Shown here in pieces: positions 59,244-64,000 of a stretch of 64,000 nt of DNA. The notes below the pieces were generated by a model, which searched no databases, was not told where the DNA came from, and saw only the letters and a program-made list of their open reading frames with translations. This stretch comes from an uncultured Dehalococcoidia bacterium (GTDB lineage: Bacteria; Chloroflexota; Dehalococcoidia; Lucifugimonadales; UBA2962), in NCBI GenBank assembly GCA_964477845.1, contig CAYZES010000001.1, positions 36,426-100,425 of the forward strand. Reading direction: 5' to 3'. The position numbers were made by a program, and so were the translations under genes. Position 1 is the first letter of the stretch. Each line of letters starts with the position of its first letter.

Positions 59244-60581
59244 CTAGTAGACCTTGTTCGAGCCTACCAGGGGCACGCCGCTCATGGCCGAGGCATCCAC
59301 CGTAAGGGCCCGCAGGTCCTCGGGCTCCAGGTTGTGGATGTCGCGCTTTCCGCAGGCGCGCGCAAGCAGCTGGATCTCCAGGGTCAGGGCATTTAGGTAG
59401 TTGAACACCCGGTCGGCCGCCTCGTCCGGGTCCAGCCTGGCCTCCAGGTCCGGGTCCTGCGTGGTGATGCCGACCGGGCACAGCCCGGTGTGGCAGTGGT
59501 GGCAGGCGCCGGGACTGGTGCCCAGCCGCTCGTAGTCCTCCGTGTAGATGGCCTTGTTGCAGTTAAGTGCGATCAGCGCCGCGGTGCCGATCGACACGCC
59601 CTTGGCACCCAGGGCCAGCGCCTTGGCCATGTCCGCGCCGCTGGACAGCCCGCCCGAGACGACCAGGTCGACCTCTTCCTCAAGCCCGAGGTCCTGAAGG
59701 GCGCGTACCGCCTCGGCGGTTGCCGGCATGGTCGGTATTCCGGTGTGATCGAGCTGCAGCTCCGGGGAGGCGCCCGTACCGGCCTCCATGCCGTCTATGA
59801 CGATGACGTCGGCGCCGACCTTTGCGGCGAGTTTCACATCGTCCGTCACCCGTCCCGCGCCCAGCTTTATGAAAAGCGGAACGCGCCCCTCGGTGACCTC
59901 CCTTAGCTCCTCCATCTTTATCATCAGATCGTCCGCACCCATCCAGTCGGGATGGCGGACGGGGCTGCGCTGGTCGACGCCCGGGGGCAGCTCGCGCTGG
60001 TTGGCGATGACCTCCGAGACCTTGAGGCCCAGCAGCAGCCCTCCCGTCCCCGGCTTTGCGCCCTGGCCGATGACGATCTCGAGTGCATCGGCGGCGCGCA
60101 CGTGGTCGGGGTTGAAGCCGTAGCGGCTGGGAAGGACCTGGTACATGAGCATGCGCGAGGCCTCGCGCTCGGCAAGCAGCATTCCGCCGTCGCCTGTAAC
60201 CGTCATGGTGCCCATGCGTGTGGCGGCCCTGCCCAGGGCCACCTTGGCGCTCGCCGAGAGCGCCCCGAAGCTCATGCCCGATATGTAGATGGGCGTCTCC
60301 ATCCTCAGGGGCTCGGATGCGTGCCTTGCGCCGAGCACGGTCTCGGTGCTGCACTTTTCCCGGTAGCCCTCAAGGGGCACGCGGCTCATGCCGGAGGTTA
60401 TGAACGTCAGGTCGTCGAACGAGGGGAGGCGCCGTAGGGTGCCGAAGCCGCGGATCCGGTAGCGGCCAAGCTCGGCCTTGGCCTGAATGTCCTCGACCAC
60501 CTCGGGGCCGTAGAAAAAGCTCTCGCGGATGAGAGGCCTTGCGTCCTCCGATCCGCCGTTCGCCGATCCGCCGCCTGTCAC
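59244..60581 (-). CDS. FMN-binding glutamate-synthase-family protein (GltB central-domain homolog)
   Basis: GTG 60581 lies 7 nt after AAGGGAGGA. ISGMSFGALS, GQGAKPGTGG, IDGMEAGTGASP, and a C-terminal Cys cluster CHHCHTGLCPVG. Confidence 0.85.
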   Translation of the reverse strand: MTGGGSANGGSEDARPLIRESFFYGPEVVEDIQAKAELGRYRIRGFGTLRRLPSFDDLTFITSGMSRVPLEGYREKCSTETVLGARHASEPLRMETPIYISGMSFGALSASAKVALGRAATRMGTMTVTGDGGMLLAEREASRMLMYQVLPSRYGFNPDHVRAADALEIVIGQGAKPGTGGLLLGLKVSEVIANQRELPPGVDQRSPVRHPDWMGADDLMIKMEELREVTEGRVPLFIKLGAGRVTDDVKLAAKVGADVIVIDGMEAGTGASPELQLDHTGIPTMPATAEAVRALQDLGLEEEVDLVVSGGLSSGADMAKALALGAKGVSIGTAALIALNCNKAIYTEDYERLGTSPGACHHCHTGLCPVGITTQDPDLEARLDPDEAADRVFNYLNALTLEIQLLARACGKRDIHNLEPEDLRALTVDASAMSGVPLVGSNKVY

Positions 60582-60603
60582 GTTGCCGTCCTCCCTTTGC
60601 AGA

Positions 60604-61299
60604 TCACAGTGCGGTCCGCCAGAGCCGAAAGTCTCGCTTGTTGAAGTTGTAGAGGCGCTTGTCCGAGACGATCTTGCGGAACTCGGCGGCCTCGGGTGCC
60701 CCGGCCACCTGGTAGCGGCCAAGCAGCTCGGTAAGCTCGGCCGCGTCCTGCTCGCCAAGGTCGTCGAACTTGGCGCCGTTGCCGAAGTCCGCGACCCGGC
60801 CGCGCACGAACATGCGTCCCTCGTATATCGAGTCGGCGAATGCCTCCCCGGTGTCCCCGCACACGATCATCACGCCCCTCTGGTTGACGAAGCCCGACAT
60901 GTAGTCGACGGACCCGCCGATCACGATCGCCCCGCCCTTCTGGGAGATGCCGGTGCGGGGGCCCGTGTTGCCGTGGACCACCAGGGTGCCGCCCCTTATC
61001 GCCGCGCCGGCGGCCGCGCTGGCGTTGCCCCGGACCACGACGCTGCCGGACTGCATGTCGGAGGCGACCGACCAGCCGGCGTTCCCGGTGACCTCTATGT
61101 CGGCCAGCTTGAGCATGCCGCCGCAGTAGTAGCCGACGTTGCCGTCTATGGTCACCCTGCCGGGCTGGTTGAGCCCGACCGCCAGGTTGTGGCGGGACTC
61201 GGAGTTGGTGACCAGCACCTCCCCGTCGGCCGTCAGGCCGGCGCGTATGGCGGTGTTAACCTCCCGGAGGCTCAGGCCCCTGGCGTCTACCGATGCCAC
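60604..61299 (-). CDS. GXGXG-motif protein (GltB C-terminal-domain / FwdC-like beta-helix)
   Basis: Repeated GNxG turns: DGNVGYYCGG, VTGNAGWSVASDMQSGSVVVRGNASAAAGAAIRGGTLVVHGNTGPRTG. Confidence 0.85.
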   Translation of the reverse strand: MASVDARGLSLREVNTAIRAGLTADGEVLVTNSESRHNLAVGLNQPGRVTIDGNVGYYCGGMLKLADIEVTGNAGWSVASDMQSGSVVVRGNASAAAGAAIRGGTLVVHGNTGPRTGISQKGGAIVIGGSVDYMSGFVNQRGVMIVCGDTGEAFADSIYEGRMFVRGRVADFGNGAKFDDLGEQDAAELTELLGRYQVAGAPEAAEFRKIVSDKRLYNFNKRDFRLWRTAL

Positions 61300-62219
61300 G
61301 TGCTCACGGCCCTCGCGGTCGGTTCGTAGACGCGGGTCTCGCTCGTTATCAGGTGCCCGAGGGCCACCTCTTCCGAGGCCATCGCGACAAAGCCCTCGTC
61401 CTCTGCGACGACCAGGGGCTTTGTGGAAAACCGGTCCTTGGCAAAGCCGATCCCGTCCCGCGTGGTCACAAGGTAGGTGAACGTGCCGTCCAGCCCCTCG
61501 ATCGAGTCGGTCAGCGCCTCCTCGAGCGTGGCGCCCGCCCGCAGGCGGTCGGCGATGAACACCGATATCACCTCCGAGTCGTTGGTGGTGAGGAACTCAT
61601 AGCCGCGCCTCTGCAGCGAGCGGCGCAGGTTGTTGTGGTTGGTCAGCTGCCCGTTGTGCACGACGGCGATGTCGGGGAACGGCCTCGCCCAGAAGGGGTG
61701 CGAATAGCAGATGTTGACGATGCTCTCGGTGGCCAGCCTGGTGTGGGCCAGCCCGTGGGTGCCCTCGAAGCCGGCCGCGTCGTAGACGGCCATCTCATCG
61801 GCCGGGCCCACGTCCTTTACGATCTCCATCGCATTGCCGAGGCTCAGGACCTCGGCCCCGGTCGACTCGACCGCGTGCGTGATGCCCATCATCTGCTCGA
61901 GGTCCGCCGCATCGGGGACGTCGCTGATCTCGATGCGGGCTATGTTGCCCGTGTACCTGACGCCGGCCACGGAGGCGACCTCGCCCACCCGCTCTCGTAT
62001 CTCCGAGAGCCTGGCCTCGGCGCCCGCGCTGTTGGCCGGGCGGTCCCTCCTGAGGTGGACCCTGAGGGCAAGGTGTCCGGCGGGCAGGCCGCCGTAGAGC
62101 GCGAGGCCGGTCGAATCCAGACCCCGGCTCCCGAGGACCGTGGCCATGTCGGTAAGGCACCTGCCCAGAGGCGCCTGTCCACCGCCGTTCTTGAACATGA
62201 AACCGGCTATGCCGCACAT
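61287..62219 (-). CDS. Class II (Ntn) glutamine amidotransferase (GltB N-terminal-domain homolog)
   Basis: ATG 62219 gives MCGIAGF (Cys1 nucleophile). HTRLATES, VVHNGQLTN. SD GAAGGAGAG upstream. Confidence 0.85.
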   Translation of the reverse strand: MCGIAGFMFKNGGGQAPLGRCLTDMATVLGSRGLDSTGLALYGGLPAGHLALRVHLRRDRPANSAGAEARLSEIRERVGEVASVAGVRYTGNIARIEISDVPDAADLEQMMGITHAVESTGAEVLSLGNAMEIVKDVGPADEMAVYDAAGFEGTHGLAHTRLATESIVNICYSHPFWARPFPDIAVVHNGQLTNHNNLRRSLQRRGYEFLTTNDSEVISVFIADRLRAGATLEEALTDSIEGLDGTFTYLVTTRDGIGFAKDRFSTKPLVVAEDEGFVAMASEEVALGHLITSETRVYEPTARAVSTWHR

Positions 62220-62270
62220 GGATTTCGCTCTCCTTCTGGCCCGGACGGGCTCGAAAGGCACTAATCAGGC

Positions 62271-62299
62271 AGTCTATGACCGTGGGCGGGGCCAGTCAA
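62271..62299 (-). promoter_or_regulatory. Promoter candidate TTGACT-N17-TAGACT for the GltS-like cluster
   Basis: Minus strand: TTGACT (62299-62294), 17-nt spacer, TAGACT (62276-62271), about 50 nt upstream of ATG 62219. Confidence 0.5.
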
Positions 62300-62392
62300 T
62301 ACGCCCCGCCGCGTGCTAGACTGTGCGTATCGGTTCCGCGACCCGACGGCCCGTCCGCCTGCTAAGCGGCTTTTCTAAAGTCTCTGTGAGGT

Positions 62393-63631
62393 TTGGCGGC
62401 ATTGGCCGGCGTTCTGACCCGAATAAGGACGTTCAGGTCCTTTCGATACGGTGATTTCCGTCTACTGTGGGTCGCCAGCATTGGCACCTCCGGCGGATTC
62501 TTCTTCCAGCAGGTGCTCATCGGCTGGCTCACCTACGACCTGACCCAGTCGGCCTTCCTTACCAGCATCGCCCTCGGGCTCGACACGCTCCCGAACCTGC
62601 TCGCAGCGCCGCTCGGAGGGGTCCTGGTAGATAACCTGGACCGGCGAAAGGTGCTGGCCATCGTTCCGGCCTACCAGTGCACGCTGAGCGTGGCGTTCGG
62701 CCTTGTGATCCTGCTCGGGCTCATCGAGCCCTGGCACATCTTCGTATTCGTCCTGCTAATGGGCTTTTCCTGGGTGATCATCGAGCCGGCGCGCATGGCC
62801 ATCATCCCCGGGATCGTTGGAGAGGCCAGGCTGGTCAACGCCTTCTCGCTGGTGCAGCTGGCGTTCAGCACGACGAGGATGCTGGGTCCGCTCGTGGGCG
62901 GGATCGCGCTGGCGAGCATGGGGCCTGCTGCGGCCGTGTTCGTTGCGGCGGGCTCACAGTTCGTGGCGATGCTCATGGGCTCTATGATCCGCACGAGAAA
63001 CCAGGCCCAGTCCAGGGTCACCTTCTGGACCGCGCTGTCCGGACTCGCCGGCTCGTTCCGCCTGGTCAGGGACACCCCGATCGTTCAGGCGATGCTGCTG
63101 ATGGCGCTGATCGGTCCGCTGGTTGTCGTCCCGTTCTCGAGCGGACTGATGCCGGTGTTCGCGGCCGAGGTCTACGAGGTCGGCCCCGCCCGGCTCGGGG
63201 CGCTCCTGGCCCTGATCGGGGCGGGGTCGATGGTAGGCACGATAGTCCTGGCCTCCATGGGAGAGATCCCGCGAAAGGGGTACGCCGTGATGGCGGGCGT
63301 GCTCCTCGCCGCGGTTGGTCTGGTGCTGATGGCGGTCGCGCCCTCCTTCTCCGTCGCGGTGGTGGCCGCGCTGGTGGTGGGGATGGGCTTTACGAGCGCC
63401 CAGACGCTGGTGTCCTCGCTCCTGCAGAGGGTGGTGCCCAGCGATTACCGGGGGCGAATCTCCGGCATCTGGATGATGACCTGGGGAACGGTGGTGGGCG
63501 GAGGCCTTGTGGCCGGCGCCCTTGCGGGCCCCCTGGGTGCGCCCCTGGCCGCGCTGGCGGGCGCGGGCATGGCCGCCGTCGCGGTGGTGGCGGTCATCGC
63601 CTCCTACCGGCCCGTGCGTGGGCTGGTGTAG
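62393..63631 (+). CDS. MFS transporter
   Basis: 412 aa, about 12 TM spans. FRLLWVASIGTSGGFFFQQV and DNLDRRKVL motifs. Confidence 0.85.
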   Translation: MAALAGVLTRIRTFRSFRYGDFRLLWVASIGTSGGFFFQQVLIGWLTYDLTQSAFLTSIALGLDTLPNLLAAPLGGVLVDNLDRRKVLAIVPAYQCTLSVAFGLVILLGLIEPWHIFVFVLLMGFSWVIIEPARMAIIPGIVGEARLVNAFSLVQLAFSTTRMLGPLVGGIALASMGPAAAVFVAAGSQFVAMLMGSMIRTRNQAQSRVTFWTALSGLAGSFRLVRDTPIVQAMLLMALIGPLVVVPFSSGLMPVFAAEVYEVGPARLGALLALIGAGSMVGTIVLASMGEIPRKGYAVMAGVLLAAVGLVLMAVAPSFSVAVVAALVVGMGFTSAQTLVSSLLQRVVPSDYRGRISGIWMMTWGTVVGGGLVAGALAGPLGAPLAALAGAGMAAVAVVAVIASYRPVRGLV

Positions 63632-63718
63632 GGGCATCCGGGAGACCTCCCGGCATCCGCCTTCCCGATCCCCATTCGGTTCCCAGACGGCGCCGGGGGC
63701 GCCGGAGGTCCCGGGCGG

Positions 63719-64000
63719 CTAGTAGATCTCCAGGTACTCGCTCTTTTCCCAGTCGGTTATGTGAGCGCGGAAGCGGGCGAGCTCATGACGTCTCATCACG
63801 GTGTAGACGCTGACGAACTCCTCGCCCAGCATTTCGGCGAACTCGCGGTCGGCCTCAAGGGCCGCAAGAGACTCCTCGAGCGTGGCGGGCAGCTTGGTGT
63901 ACTGGGGATCGTCCTCGACCGGACCGGCCGTGGGGTCGGGCGTGACAGCGGGGACACCCTTCTCAAGTCCCAGCAGGCCGGTGGCCAGGACGCCGGCGAC
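63719..64000 (-). CDS. Glutamine-synthetase-family protein, C-terminal 93 codons only
   Basis: My translation of the minus strand: ...LPATLEESLAALEADREFAEMLGEEFVSVYTVMRRHELARFRAHITDWEKSEYLEIY*. It resembles the GS C-terminus (B. subtilis GlnA ends ...VHPWEREQYMSQY). Confidence 0.7.
   Translation of the reverse strand, partial: VAGVLATGLLGLEKGVPAVTPDPTAGPVEDDPQYTKLPATLEESLAALEADREFAEMLGEEFVSVYTVMRRHELARFRAHITDWEKSEYLEIY

Overview
This is a 64-kb, high-GC, gene-dense bacterial chromosomal segment with no transposase, integrase, CRISPR array or rRNA. I call about 60 CDSs, one tRNA-Leu(UAG), a long Bacillus-type SRP RNA that the ORF track cannot show, and a TPP riboswitch. Most remaining track ORFs are Arg/Pro/Gly-rich antisense or off-frame artefacts typical of high-GC DNA. 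Left to right: a six-gene oxidoreductase array (two tandem LLM/F420-type paralogs, an MDR dehydrogenase, three tandem SDRs); ogg-like and dinG; ksgA-ispE; SRP RNA; lepA; osmC; a class III ADH; a metal-homeostasis neighbourhood (His/Cys-repeat micro-protein, sthA-like, Fur-family regulator, znuACB-like transporter); a lower-GC B12-radical-SAM gene beside tRNA-Leu; a tandem pair of desulforedoxin-like micro-ORFs; M24 peptidase; CoA-transferase A/B; MocA-like plus XdhC; M16 peptidase; a small Moco oxidoreductase; hspR-grpE-dnaK; a TPP enzyme; HDAC and MBL; an MA-type peptidase; F420 reductase; an EF-G paralog; etfBA; MTHFR-like and SelA-like; ilvD; rsmG; riboswitch-tenA-thiD; bioY; a three-gene split glutamate-synthase-like cluster; an MFS transporter; and the 3' end of a glutamine-synthetase-family gene. 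F420 enzymes, the long SRP RNA, apparent leaderless starts and paralog arrays suggest Chloroflexota-like or related high-GC ancestry, but that is inference only. I found no recognisable defence or mobile system. The most unusual content is (1) a 75-codon ORF that is 75% His/Cys/Asp/Glu, built from HECDxHEHH repeats, near a Zur-like regulator and a ZnuA with a roughly 160-residue acidic/His insertion; (2) a Cys4 / Cys-depleted tandem micro-protein pair; (3) two stand-alone zinc-ribbon genes, each with its own promoter and terminator; (4) an orphan lower-GC B12-rSAM gene behind 640 bp of unexplained non-coding DNA; and (5) an MgsABC-like split GltS cluster with an extra cyclophilin-like gene. 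All functional calls rest on motifs I recognise by eye; no database search was run.
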